Assembly (NCBI RefSeq): GCF_009914755.1
Contig: NC_060930.1
Source: the human T2T-CHM13v2.0 reference genome, Homo sapiens
Reading direction: 5' to 3' (one strand)
Length of the DNA stretch: 64,000 bases
Within the stretch, counting starts at the first letter, position 1. Each line of letters starts with the position of its first letter. Shown here piece after piece: positions 13,661 through 25,787 of the stretch. The translations under genes were made by a program, and so were the position numbers. The notes beneath the pieces are model-generated. The model made no database searches. It saw only the letters and a list, made by a program, of their open reading frames with translations, and was not told where the DNA came from.

Positions 13661-14081
13661 TGTCTTAGTCTATTTGGTTTTGCTAGAAAAGAATACCTGC
13701 ACTTGATAATCTATTCAGAAAAGAGGTTTATTTAGCTCACAGTTCTTCAGGATGTGTAAGAAGCATGGCACTGGCATCTACATCTGTGAGATCCTTGGGC
13801 TGCTTCCATTCATGATGGAATGCAAAGTGGAGCCAGTCATGCAGTGATCACATGGTGAGAGAGGAAGCAAGGTGGAAAGGAAGGTGCCAGCCTCCTTTTA
13901 ACAATCAGTTGTCATGGGAAGCAACAGAGTGAGAACTCACTCACCCCCGCCCCCAAGGGAGAGCATTAACCTATTCATGAGAGATCTGCCTCCATGATCC
14001 AAACACATTAGGCTGCATCTCCAACACTGAGGATAAAATTTCAACATAAGATTTGGAGTAGACAGCATCCAAACCATAGTA
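13661..14081 (-). mobile_element. MSTB-like solo LTR (ERVL-MaLR)
   Basis: TGTCTTAGTC...AAGAAGCATGGCACTGGCATCT...GAGTGAGAACTCACTCA...CATCCAAACCATAG. Confidence 0.85.
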
Positions 14082-14334
14082 GATATTTAGTACTATAAAT
14101 TTCCCACTAAATATTTCTTTAGTGGTATCCCACATATTCTGATATGCTGTAGTTTTCTTTTTTATTCACTTTAAAATATTTACTAATTTCCATTTGATTT
14201 ATTGTTTCAACTACAGATAATTTGAAATTGGGTAACTTAGTTTCTAAAAATTTAGGGATATTTTTTGAGAGATCATACTGTTATTGCTTACTACATGCCC
14301 AGCCATTAAAATATATATGAACAGGGATCAGGGA

Positions 14335-14577
14335 CATATATATATACAGATGTGTGTGTGTGTATATATATACGTGTGTGTGTGTGTGTGTGTGTGTGTT
14401 ATATACAGATATGTGTGTGGCGGGAGACGTATATATATGTATATATGTATATATATGTATATATGTATATATATGTATATATGTATATATGTATATATAT
14501 ATGTATATATGTATATATGTGTACATGTGTGTATATATGTGTATATATATGTGTATGTGTGTGTGTATATATATATC
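14335..14577. repeat. Compound (TA)n/(TG)n/(TATATG)n microsatellite
   Basis: Seen directly; produces the spurious Y/I/C/V-rich ORFs at 14281-14687. Confidence 0.97.
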
Positions 14578-14831
14578 CCTGTTCCAATTTTGCTGTTTTG
14601 ATTCCATTCCTTTCTTTTGCTTTCAAGAATAGGCACCTAGGACAACAGATTGTTGAAGCAGCTGATCACAAGATGGACGTTGTGTGACTACACTGATGAG
14701 GTATCAAATTGCAAATAGACGCAACCTGTATTTTTGGGAACCATTTTGACTGTGAGGTGACAGAGCTCACAGTGATGAAAAGTGAGCTGGAAATTTTAAA
14801 AAGAGATGTGCTTTAAAAATAAAGCACAGTG

Positions 14832-17160
14832 AAAGAGGTGGAGCAAGATGAAGGAACAGAAGCCTCCACCAATTGTCCCCACCAAAGGACACCAAATTAA
14901 CAACTATCCACACAGAGAAAACATCTTCCTAAGAAAAATCAGGTGAGCACTCATAGCACCTGGTTTTAACTTCATATTGATGAAGGAGGCACTGAAGAGA
15001 TAGACAAAACAGTCCTGAATCACCAATGCAACCCCTCTCCTACCCGCTACATTGGGGTGTGGTACAGAGAGCCTCTCTGGGTGCTGGAGGAGGAGAACAC
15101 AGCAATGGTGAGGCATTGAAATAAGTGCTATCTTGTTAGAGCAGAACCGAAACCTGGACCAAACTCACCTGATGCCCACCCACAAAGAGAGCATTTAAAC
15201 CAGAAGTAGCCAGAGGGGAATTGCCTATCCCAGCAGTCCAAAATTGAGTGCCTACAAACCTTGCCACTGAGGGTCAAAGTGCTCTTGGTCTCTGAATAAA
15301 CTTAAAAGGCAGTCTAGGCCATAAAGACTGCAACTCTTAGGCAAGTCCTAGGGCTGAACTAGGCCCAGAGACAGTGGACTATAGAGGAAGCACAGGAAAT
15401 ACTGAGATGCCAGTTGGTGCAGCCAAGGGAGTGCTGACATCACCACTCCCCTGACCTCAAGCTGCATAGCTTGCAGCTCCAAAAGAGATCCCTTCCTTCC
15501 ACTTGAGGAGAGGAGAGTCAAGAGTGGGGAGGAATTTGTCTTGCATCTTGGATACCAGCTTAGCCACAGCAGGAGAGGGCACTGTTCAGAGTCATGAAGC
15601 TCTCATTCCAGGCGCTAGCTCCCAGATGACATTTCTAGACACACCTGGGATCAAAAGGGAACCCACTGCCTTGAAGAAAAGGACCCAGTCTTGCCAGCCT
15701 TCATCACCCGCCAACTGGAGAAGAGCTGTTGGGCCTTGAATAATCAGCAGTGATACCGAAGGACTACATCAAAGGTTTTGGTGAGAGACTTGCTGGCTTC
15801 AGGTACCAACACTGGCACAAGGGGGTAGGGCACCAAGCGGGCTCTTAGGGTCCCTCATTCCAGGACTTGACTCTTGGATGACATTTTCAGACCCGCCCTG
15901 GGTCCAAGGGGAGCCCACTGCCCTAAAGGGTGAGTCCCAGGCCAGGCAGCATTACCACAAGCTGACTTAAAAGACCTTGGGCCTTAAGGGAATATAAGTG
16001 GTAGTTTGGCAGTATTCCTTGTGGCCAGGGTTGGTGGTGGCTATGGGATGGAGCTCCTCTGCCTTTGAAAAGGGGAGGGAAGAGTGTGAAGCACTATGTC
16101 TTCTGGTTTGAGTGCCAGCTCACCTGCAATACAATAGAACACCAGGTAGACTTCTGACGTTTCTGACTCTAGTCTCTAACTCCCAGATGGCACTTCTGGA
16201 CCCACCTTGGATTTGGGGGACCTCATGTCCCAAAAAGAGAAGGACATAGGCCTGGTTGGCCTTTACCACCTGCCAATTGTAGAGCTCCAGGGCCCAGGGA
16301 GTGGTTACAGTAGGCCTTGGGCAAGATTAAGAATTGTGCTGGCTTCAGGTCTGAACTAGAGCACAAATAATGATGGTGGCCACATGGGGCGCTATGTCAC
16401 TCCACCTCAGCTTTAGGTGGCTCAGAACAAAGACTGTGTGTTTGGGAAAATGTAAGGGAAGACAACAAGACTCCCTGCCTGGTAATCCAGAGAATTATCC
16501 CAGATCATGGCCAAGACCATCAAGGTGGTACCTTCACAAGTCTGCAAGAAGCTCAGTGTTACTGGGCTTGGGGTGCCCCCTAAAGCAGAAACAGCTTAAA
16601 TCACAACCACCTAAGTCTTTTCAAATATCTGGAAAGCCTTCCCAAGAAAGACAGCTACAAATAAGCCCAGACAGTGAAGACTACAATGAACCTAAACTCT
16701 TAAATGCCCAGACAACAAAGAACATCTACTAGCATCAACACCATCCAGCAAAACCTGACCTCACCAAATGAACTAAATAAGGCACCAGAAGCCAATTCTG
16801 GACAAACAGAGATATGTGACCTTTTAGACAAAGAATTCACAATAGCTCTTTTGAGGAAACTCAAAGAAATTCCAGATAACGCAGAGAAAGAATCCAGAAT
16901 CCTATCGGATAAATTTAACAGAGACTAAAATAATTAAAAAGAATCAAGTAGAAATTCTAGAGCTGAAAAATGTAATTGGCATACTGAAGAATGCATCAGA
17001 GTCCTTTAATAACAGAATTGATCAAGCAGAAGAAAGAATTCATGAGCGTGAAGACAGGCTATTTGAAAACAGCCAGAGGAGACAAAAGGGAAAAGAATAA
17101 AAAACAATAAAACACACTTACAGGACCTATAAAATCCCTCAAAGGGGCAAATCTAAGAGC
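14832..17160 (+). mobile_element. L1M1-type 5' UTR plus start of ORF1, 3'-truncated
   Basis: GGAGCAAGATG..GAA.AGAAG 5' start; ORF 16704-16928 (...EICDLLDKEFTIALLRKLKEI...) is an L1 ORF1p N-terminus; AGAATTGATCAAGCAGAAGAAAGAAT coiled-coil codons. Confidence 0.88.
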
Positions 17161-17237
17161 TATCTGCAGATAACCTGTCACAGGACTTTTCAGCCTTCAT
17201 AAACATGTGAGTCAATTACCCTAATAAGTCCCCTTTC

Positions 17238-17278
<41 letters not shown>

Positions 17279-17315
17279 ATTGGTGGTGTCTTTCTGAAAA
17301 ATCCTGACTAATACA
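17161..17315 (+). mobile_element. MLT2-family LTR 3' fragment with (TCTA)n
   Basis: CAGCCTTCATAAACATGTGAGTCAATT...(TCTA)n...TATTGG...CCTGACTAATACA. Confidence 0.8.
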
Positions 17316-17340
17316 ACCCACTCTTTTGTTATAACAGTGC

Positions 17341-17887
17341 GGTATTAGTCAGGGTTCTCTAAAGGGACAGAACTAATAGGATAGATGCATATATGAAGGG
17401 AAGTTTATTAGGATAATTGACTCACATGATCACAAGGTAAAGTCCCAAAGTAGGCCGTCTGCAAGCTGAGGAGCCAGGAAGCCAGTCTGGGTCCTAAAAC
17501 CTCAAAAGCAAGGGAAACTGACAGTGCAGCCTTCACTCTGTGGCCAAAGGCCTGAGAGCCCCTGGCAAGTCACTGGTGTAAGTCCAAGAGTTCAAAAGCT
17601 GAAGAACTTGGAGTCTGACAGTCGAGGGCTAGAAGCATCCAGCTTCTAGCTGGATGGAGTCCAGAAGACTCAACCAGTCTAATCCTTCCAAGTTCCTCTG
17701 CCTGATTTTATGCTAGCCAGGCTGGCAGCTGATTAGATGGTGCCCACTCAGATTGAGGGTGGGTCTGCCTCTCCCAGTCCACTGACTCAAATGTTAATCT
17801 CCTTTGACAACACCCTCACAGACACACCCAGGAATAATACTTTGCATCCTTCAATCCAATCAAGTTGACACAACATTAACCATCACA
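17341..17887 (-). mobile_element. MLT2B solo LTR (ERVL)
   Basis: GTATTAGTCAGGGTTCTCT...CAATCCAATCAAGTTGACAC...TTAACCATCACA; TSD agtgc/agtgt. Confidence 0.92.
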
Positions 17888-18119
17888 AGTGTCTACTAAG
17901 AGAATTAATTTTTAAAGATCAAAATAAATAAGACAATGACTCTGCCCTCAAGCAACTTGATGAAATTTAAATACTTAGGAAAATACACAAAATTAACACC
18001 AATACGAAAATGAGAAATATCTAGTTATGGTAAGAAAGTTCTGAAACCAAAAACACATGAGCGATTAGTTCTTGATTGAGAAGAGTCTCAAATAAGTCAC
18101 ATATTTGTATCTTACCTTT

Positions 18120-18310
18120 AATTAGTATTATTTAGTTCTCTAAGGTTTTCACAAGTAAGATTTCATTTACTCTTTTACCACAGTTGTAGTGGGTAAAAAT
18201 CATTGTATCCCTTAAAAATGAAAGAGAAATAGATGTTCAGAAATATTTATTGATTTATCCAAAGTCACACAACTAGTATATGAAACAGCTCAGATTTTCA
18301 ACCCCTTGTT
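18120..18310 (-). mobile_element. MIR SINE
   Basis: TTTCATTTACTCTT...TCCAAAGTCACACAACTAGT. Confidence 0.6.
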
Positions 18311-18757
18311 CAGTGTTATCAAATATTATCTTGGAAAATGTGACAGTAAGAAATTATAATAATCTCCAATCAACATACCTTTTGTAAACAGAGATTTTGA
18401 ACTGTTTGAAAACATTATCTTCTAAAAAAGATGTGATAAACACCTTGGAAATATGCTTATCTTATCATTTGTTCACCATCATTAATTTCAAAGGTTAACT
18501 ACAGCCCAGAAGCTGTCAGGTTTGACAGATTAATGGAGCTGAAATAAATGGCATGTTGCCCTTGCTACAAAGTACAAGTATTGTAAATGACATGTCTTTG
18601 GATATAATGGAGTTTTAGAACACAGCATGTTGGTAAAGATCTGAGAGTCCTTTATCCTCAGAGGTCCTGCTTTGGGCCTGACTGTGTTTAATACATCAGT
18701 TCTAAGAGGAATCGAGATCTGGCAGCTGCTCAGGTCTGACGATTTATTGACTCTCAC

Positions 18758-18838
18758 CTGGAGATAACCCTTATTAAACTCTTTGCTGCCATATCTTGAA
18801 AAAGCGTTGTAAAATATTTCAAGACTGCAGACTGTTCT
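18758..18838 (-). other. Candidate 81-nt spliced exon of an unidentified minus-strand transcript
   Basis: Minus strand: tttccctccccattttcag|AGAACAG...TATCTCCAG|gtgaga; apparently unique sequence, length divisible by 3, two of three frames open. Confidence 0.4.
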
Positions 18839-19621
18839 CTGAAAATGGGGAGGGAAACTTAAATATATTTTGACTATATTTTTATAACGATAAAAGACCT
18901 TCAAATAACCCACTACACACACACACAAACACACAAACACACACAAATCCAACTATGCAAATGAATTCTCAAGACAAAATCCTCGTCTTCTAATTCTCCT
19001 AATTTGATTGCCATTGTGAAGACACAGTAATTTAAAAATTAGTGAACCATCACCATTCTTGTCTTCTCATGTATAGCTGGAGCTGTTGTGGGTGACTAAG
19101 TAGTAAGAGAAATAAAGATTAGGAGGAAAACACTAGGCATACTTTATCACACTGACAAATGAATAGTGAATGGACCCAGTAAAAGATGGTGTTCACATAG
19201 GAACCTACCAGGAGATGAAATTAAAATGTAGATGAGAAAATGCCTAGTCTCTGTGCAGAGCAGCATTGTACCTAGTTGCTTAAAATGATAAAGCCATTTG
19301 AGCTGTGGCCTAAGGCAGCATGGAGGGATTTGGATTAGATGTACACTATCAACTGTCAGAAAAGAAAAGCCTGTGCAGAAACAGTGATGACCGCTATAAA
19401 TGCAGTATGCAGGGAAAGAAAATGTCAGCTCAGTCAATAAATTATCTGTCTCCACTGGCCTACCCCAGGCCTCCACAGACACATGAAAGCTTATTGCATA
19501 CGCAGATGTCACTTTGTGGTGATTTGCACTCCACTGACTCTTACTAGCTATGTGATATTTGGAAAGTTGTTATATTCTCCAATCTTTACCCTTTAGTTAA
19601 ATAGAGATTTTTTTTAAAATG

Positions 19622-19937
<316 letters not shown>

Positions 19938-20049
19938 AGTGATTTCACTAGATTGTCATGGAGGAAAGGAATGAGATAACGCATGTGAATGAAGAAGCAG
20001 AATCTTCAGGGGTACAGAGTTGCAGCCTGATAAATGAGAGCTATAAAAA

Positions 20050-20905
20050 GTCAAAGAATGCTCCCTCCTTTAAAAACTCCTATATGGTGTTCATTTGATT
20101 CTTGGCATTACATGCAAACGAGTCTCTTCTCTATCTTAACCTGATCAACCACATCACCAACTCTTCTCCCATCATGAACTCTTAAATCTTGCCACATCAA
20201 CCCTCCAACACACCAAGTCCCTTCTCCGTGATTCTATACACCATTACATCTGCCTGAAAAAGTCCTTTACTCCTACACCCAATAAACTCATCCTTTAAGA
20301 CTCACAGTCTTCTGTGAAGCTTTTCCATCATCTGCTAGAGTTAGTTCAACCTATCCAGTAATCTGATGAGGTCTAATTCATGCTTCTTTTAGACACTCTG
20401 AGCTTCTAGAAAGCAAAGGCATTCCATGTATTTATTAATTCCTTTATTCATCCAACTTTCAATGACTGTCACCTCTGTACTGGGAGATAAAAGTACATTT
20501 TTGGAGGTATTGGAATACCCTTTACTGAAGCCTTTTCTTTCTGTGGCTGACACTAACACAATAGTTGCTTAATAATAAGAAGAAAAGCAGAGAACCCTTG
20601 AGAGAAGAAAGAAAAATGTCTTTCCTTCAAACTCCCAATTACTTGACACCATCCCCCCAAAAATAAAGCCATGTGAATCTTCTTCGAACATTTTTCGTTA
20701 CTTCTATATATAAAAGCCAAGTTCCTCTGTTGTCTTCCATTAAAATTTGTATTAATTTCATCTATAATTTGTTTTTACACTTGTTTGCATGTTTGTTTCC
20801 CTCTTCTAAACTGAAAATTCCCTCGGGATGGAAACTCTTACTTATGTCTTAGCACAATGCCTGGCAGATAGCATGTGTCCTATACGTATTAGTTGAATGA
20901 ATAAA
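20050..20905 (+). mobile_element. L2 3' fragments
   Basis: AACTCATCCTTTAAGACTCA; AGCACAATGCCTGGCA.ATAG...GTTGAATGAATAAA L2 terminus. Confidence 0.6.
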
Positions 20906-22478
20906 CAAGGAATAAATTAGTAAAGTTTTTCTTTCCAGCACAATTTCACATTGGTCTTGCCCAGTAGCCAAACATCTTTGGGTTCTTATACTCTGAATCC
21001 CAAACCCCAAAACATCTGCTGGTCAAGTCAGGCCTTTAATTTTGAAATGATCAAAAACATGATTTAAGTTTAGGATTTCCATCTTCTCCAAAGATAAAGT
21101 ATTTGTTCCAACTGAGTGAAGTCAACACGAAGAAAAGAGGAAGTATAGGAAATATCAGAGAATATTTACGTATACTGTGGCACTGAAAGGAGAAAATTAA
21201 ATGTTTGAATTCCTCTCCGCTATGCGTGTGGGATAAATAATTTCCTTTCTTCTAGAGTGCTTATTCACTCATTTAAGACAGAGAAATACACTAGCTACCA
21301 AAGTTCCCAGTTGCTCTCTCACATAAAGTTATAAAGATCATTGACTTCTTTCTTTTTACCTTTCTATCGATTTAATTCTCACCACTTTGATCATTTGGCC
21401 TGAGAAAGAATACTTTTCTCTATTATACCTTAGTAATCACACAGTTGCATTTGTGTTCTTACGTTATTGTAAGGTGACTATATTGACATTGAAATAAAGC
21501 ATATGCTTTACTCTTTAACAAAATCAACATTTTATTTTTCTAAAAGATGTAATCATTTTCTACTTTGGGATATCGTCTTGTAAGTTTGAACTGATCTGAC
21601 CAAAATTAGATACTTACTGACTGGTCGGGAAATGACAATGATAATCTACATTGAGAACAAACAATGTGTTTTGGAAATGACCTTGACTTCATGAAACCAC
21701 TCTTCTAGTCTGCATTTAACATGCTTTGTCCTAGTGATTAATTAAAATAATGTCACTGGAAAGGAAAGTCAATAAGACTTGGCTGGGAATAATACTGCTA
21801 GCCTGAATCACAAATGATACAGTCTTTAGTTTCATTGAAAGAAGAAAAGCTACCTCTAATTTTAGTTTGCAAGAGAAAGTACAATTTGGCATTGTGGCCC
21901 CTCATTGCTTTGTACAAAGTAATTGAATGTCCACCACACCTTCAATAGTGGTGTTACAGATACCCCAAATCCCTAAACACCTTGACTTTACACTGGCAAA
22001 GCCATTATATGTATTTATTCCAACCATTTTTAATAGAATATCTTCTTCTCAGCTGGAGGACTATGTTGATCTTGCTGTATTATTTTCTCTGGAAAATTAA
22101 TCCACTCTAGCTTATTAAATCATTTTGGTCAATCAATTATCAAATATTTGAATTTTGGCTACACAGCAGACACTTTAAAGCAAACATATGCAGAAATGAT
22201 TTATACATCCTTTTCCATTCTCTCAGTTTTCACTAATAAAATTAATAACTATGCTTTTTAATTTTTGTCATAAACTTCTAATTTCTCTGTAAAGTCATCA
22301 AAAAAAGTTTGTCCCATCTAGTATCCATTTCCTGTTTTGGTAGAAGTGCCCTCACGTCATTCATTTCTGCGTGATGCAGTTTCAGGAAAAGCCAGCCCCA
22401 CGCTGTCTTTAGAGGCATCCCTCTATTCAACACTAGGCTAATCAGCATCATTACATTCCCCTCCTTTTTCTTATGGAC

Positions 22479-22582
22479 TTTCCTTCCCTCCCTCCCTCCC
22501 TCCCTTCCTTCTTTCCTTCCTCCCTCCCTCCCCCACTTTTCCTCCCTCCCTTCCTTTCTTCCATCCTTCCTTTCTCTTTCTT
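22479..22582. repeat. (CCTT)/(CCCT)n polypyrimidine tract
   Basis: Seen directly. Confidence 0.95.
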
Positions 22583-22599
22583 AGAGGTTGATTCACTTA

Positions 22600-22900
22600 A
22601 GCCAACAAGAATGAAGTCCAGAACTTTGATTTAAAGGTTTAAAGAAGATAGTCTTCCTTCCTGTAAAGAGCAACAGAAGACACAGTCCAGAAGATGCTGG
22701 CAGCCATCTTGGTTCCAAAACCTGAGTGCTGATGAGCCTCAGAACACCTGGCACTGAGGTAACACACCCTGATCCATCAGATTTTTTACTATGCTTGTTT
22801 GCCTGAATAAAGTATCACCTGGAATTACACTTGCCCTGAAAACACCTGATATATTTCCCTCCCAAAATGTCCTTGTTTGGCTTAAGCCAGTTTCAATTGT
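22600..22900 (+). mobile_element. Old MLT1 (J/K-like) LTR fragment
   Basis: GCTGGCAGCCATCTTG and TTGGCTTAAGCCAGTTT motifs. Confidence 0.5.
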
Positions 22901-22901
22901 T

Positions 22902-25120
22902 CTTTTCTTTTTTAACTTTTATTTTAAGTTCAGGGGTGCATGTGCAGCATGTGTAGGTTTGGTACATAGGAAACCATGTGTCATGGAGGTTTGTTGTACC
23001 GATTATTTCATCACCCAGGTATTAAGCTTAGTATCCATTAGTGATTTTTTCCTCATCCTCTCCCTCCTCCTACCCTCGGCCCTCTGATAGGCCCCAGTGT
23101 GTGTTGTTTCCTTTTATGTGTTCATGTGTTCTCATCATTTAGCTCCCACTCATAAGTGAGAACATGTATTTGATTTTCTGATTTTCTGTTCCTGCATGAG
23201 TTTGCTAAGGATAATGGCCTCCAGCTCCATCCAAGTCCCTGCAAAGGACATAATCCTGTTCTTTTTTATGGCTGCATAGAATTCTATGGTATATATGTAT
23301 CACATTTTCTTTATCCAGTCTATCACTGATGGGCATTTGGGTTAATTTCATATCTTTGCTATAGTGAACAGTGCTGCAGTAAACACATGCGTGCGTGTGT
23401 CTTTATATGGAATGATTTATATTCCTTTGGATATGTACCCAGTAGTAGTGAGAGGTGAAGCCAGCTGAGCTTCTGGGTTGGATGGCAACTTGGAGAACTT
23501 TTGTGTCTAGCTAAAGGATTGTAAATGTACCAATGAGCACTCTGTAAAATTGCACAAATCAGCACTCTGTGTCTAGCTAAAGGATTGTAAACGCACCAAT
23601 CGGCACTCTGTAAAATAGACCAATCAGTGCTCTGTAAAATGAACCAAACAGCGCTCTGTAAAATGGACCAATCAGCAGGATGTCAGTGGGGCCAAATAAG
23701 GGAATAAAAGCTGGCCACCTGAGCCTGCAGCGGCAACTCGCTCAGATCCCCTTCCATGCTGTGGAAGCTTTGTTCTTTTGCTCTTCACAGTAAATCTTGC
23801 TGCTGCTCACTCTTTGGGTCCACACTACCTTTATGAGCTGTAACACTCACCGTGAAGGTCTGCAGCTTCACTCCTGAAGTCAGCGAGACCACAAACCCAC
23901 CAGGAGGAACAAACAACTCTGGACGTGCTACCTTTAAGAGCTGTAACACTCACTGCCAAGGTCTGCGGCTTCGCTCCTGAAGTCAGTGAGACCATGAGCC
24001 CACGGGAAGGAAGAAACAACTCTGGACATGCCACCTTTAAGAGCTGTAACACTCACTGCGAAGGTCTGCAGCTTCACTCCTGAAGTCAGCAAAACTATAA
24101 GCCCACCAGAAGGAAGAAACTCTAGACACATCTGAACATCTGAAGGAACAAACTCTGGACACACCATCTTTAAGGACTGTAACACTCATCATGAGAGTCT
24201 GTGGCTTCATTCTTCAAGTCAGCGAGACCAAGAACCCACCGGAAGGAACCAATTCCGGACTCAGTAGGATTGCTAAGTCAAATGGTATTTTGGACTTCAG
24301 GTCTTTAAGGAACCACCACATTGTCTTCCACAATGGTTGAACTAATTTACACTCCCACCAACAGTGTATAAGTGTTCCTTTTTCTCCACAACCTGCCAGC
24401 ATCTGTTATTTTTTGACTTTTTAATAATAGTCATTTTGACCGGTATAAGATGGTATCTCATTGTGGTTTTGATGATGATCAGTGATACTGAGCTTTTTAA
24501 AATATGGTTGACCACATGTATGTCTTCTTTTGAGAAGTGTTTGTTCTTTGCCCACTTTTTACTGGGGTTGATTTTTCTTTTAAATTTGTTTAAGTTTTTT
24601 ATAGATGCTGGATATTAGGCCTTTGTCAGATGCACAACTTGCAAAAATGTTCTCCCATTCTGTAGGTGGTCTGTTTATTCTGCTGATAGTTTATTTTGCT
24701 GTGCAGAAGCTCCTTAGCTTAATTAGATGCCATTTTTCAATTTTTGTTTTTGTTGCAATTACTTTTGGTATCTTCATCATGAAATATTTGCCCATGCTTA
24801 TGTCACGAATGGTATTCCCTAGATTGTCTTCCAAGATTTTTGTAGTTTTGGATTTTACATTTATGTCTTTAATCCATCTTGAATTAATTTTAGTTTATGG
24901 TGTAAGGAATGGGTCCAGTTTCAATTTTCTGCATATGGCTAACAAGTTATCCCAGTGCCATTTATTGAATAGGGAATCCTTTCCCCATTGATTATTGTTA
25001 TCAAGTTCGTTGAAGATCGGGTAATTGTAGGTGTGCAGTCTTATTTCTGGGTTCTCTATTCTGTCCCATTGGTTTCTGTGTCTGTTCTTCTATGAGTACC
25101 ATGCTGTTTTGGTTACTGTA
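22902..25120 (-). mobile_element. L1PA-family 3' segment (3' UTR and ORF2 end), split by LTR12
   Basis: TTTTAACTTTTATTTTAAGTTCAGGGG...CTCCCACT.ATAAGTGAGAACATG...GTACCATGCTGTTTTGGTTACTGTA. Confidence 0.95.
23449..24263 (+). mobile_element. Solo LTR12 (short LTR12/LTR12F-like; HERV9 LTR)
   Basis: TGAGAGGTGAAGCCAGCTG start, tandem CCAATCAGCACTCTG repeats, AATAAAA at 23703, three to four U5 repeats, perfect 4-bp TSD GTAG. Confidence 0.95.
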
Positions 25121-25787
25121 TCCATGATTATCTCAACAGATGCAATAAAGGCTTTCAATAAAATTCAATATCCTTTCATGTTAAAAACTTTCAACAAACT
25201 AGATATTGAAGAAACATACCTCAAAATAGTAAGAGCCATCTATGACAAACCCACAGCCAATATCATACTGAATGGGCAAAATTGGAATCATTCCCCTTGA
25301 AAACCAACACAAGAAGGATGCCTTCTCTCACTACTCCTATTCAACATAGTATTGGAAGTTCTGGATAGAGCAATCAGCCAAGAGAAAGAAATAAAGGGCA
25401 TTCAAAAAAGGAAGAGAGGAAGTCAAATTATCCCTGCTTTCAGATGACATGATCCTGTGTCTAGAAAAACCCATAGTCTCAGCCCAAACACTTCTTAAGC
25501 TGATAAACAACTTCAGCAAAGTCTCAAAATATCAAATTAATGTACAAAAAATGCTAGCATTTCTATCCACCAATAACAGACAAGCTGAGAGCCAAATTAT
25601 GAATAAACTTCCATTCACAATTACCACAAAAAGAATAAAATACCTAAGAATACAGCTAACAAGGGACACAAAATATCTCTACAAGGATAACCACAAAACA
25701 CTGCTCAAAGAAATCAGAGATGACACAAACAAATGGAAATACATCCTATGGTCATGGATAGAAAGAATCGATATTGTTAAAATGGCC
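25121..25787 (+). mobile_element. Inverted L1PA ORF2 (RT) segment of the same insertion
   Basis: Translates [21 protein letters not shown]...[14 protein letters not shown] and [26 protein letters not shown], the L1 RT domain. Confidence 0.93.

Larger units (their letters stand above)
11010..14285 (-). mobile_element. Old L1M (L1MB/MC-type) ORF2 fragment hosting FLAM, MSTA, MSTB and microsatellites
   Basis: Antisense ORF2 motifs CCTCCAACTTTATTC, ATGTTGAATAGAAG, TTTGGTATCAGGGTAAT, TTTGGTAGAATTCACCAG. Confidence 0.85.

Noticed and set aside
14281-14687. Cluster of ~100-aa ORFs on both strands
   Set aside because: Stop-free translations of TA/TG microsatellite.
18530-18952. 140-aa minus-strand ORF as a single-exon gene
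   Set aside because: Starts at a non-ATG codon beside a TG repeat and runs through intron-like sequence; only the internal 81-nt exon-like part is retained as a candidate.
21170-21182. Possible 13-nt minus-strand microexon (ttttctcctttcag|TGCCACAGTATAC|gtaaat)
   Set aside because: Good acceptor but weak donor and frame-shifting length; expected by chance in 64 kb without RNA evidence.
21640-21700. AACAAT (SOX-like) next to TGACCTTGA (ESRR/NR5A-like) as an enhancer
   Set aside because: Two short motifs alone cannot support a call without chromatin or conservation data.
23830-24240. ~80-bp tandem repeats with overlapping ORFs (MLQLLK...)
   Set aside because: LTR12 U5 repeats; the same spurious ORFs recur at 58089-58479 in the other LTR12.
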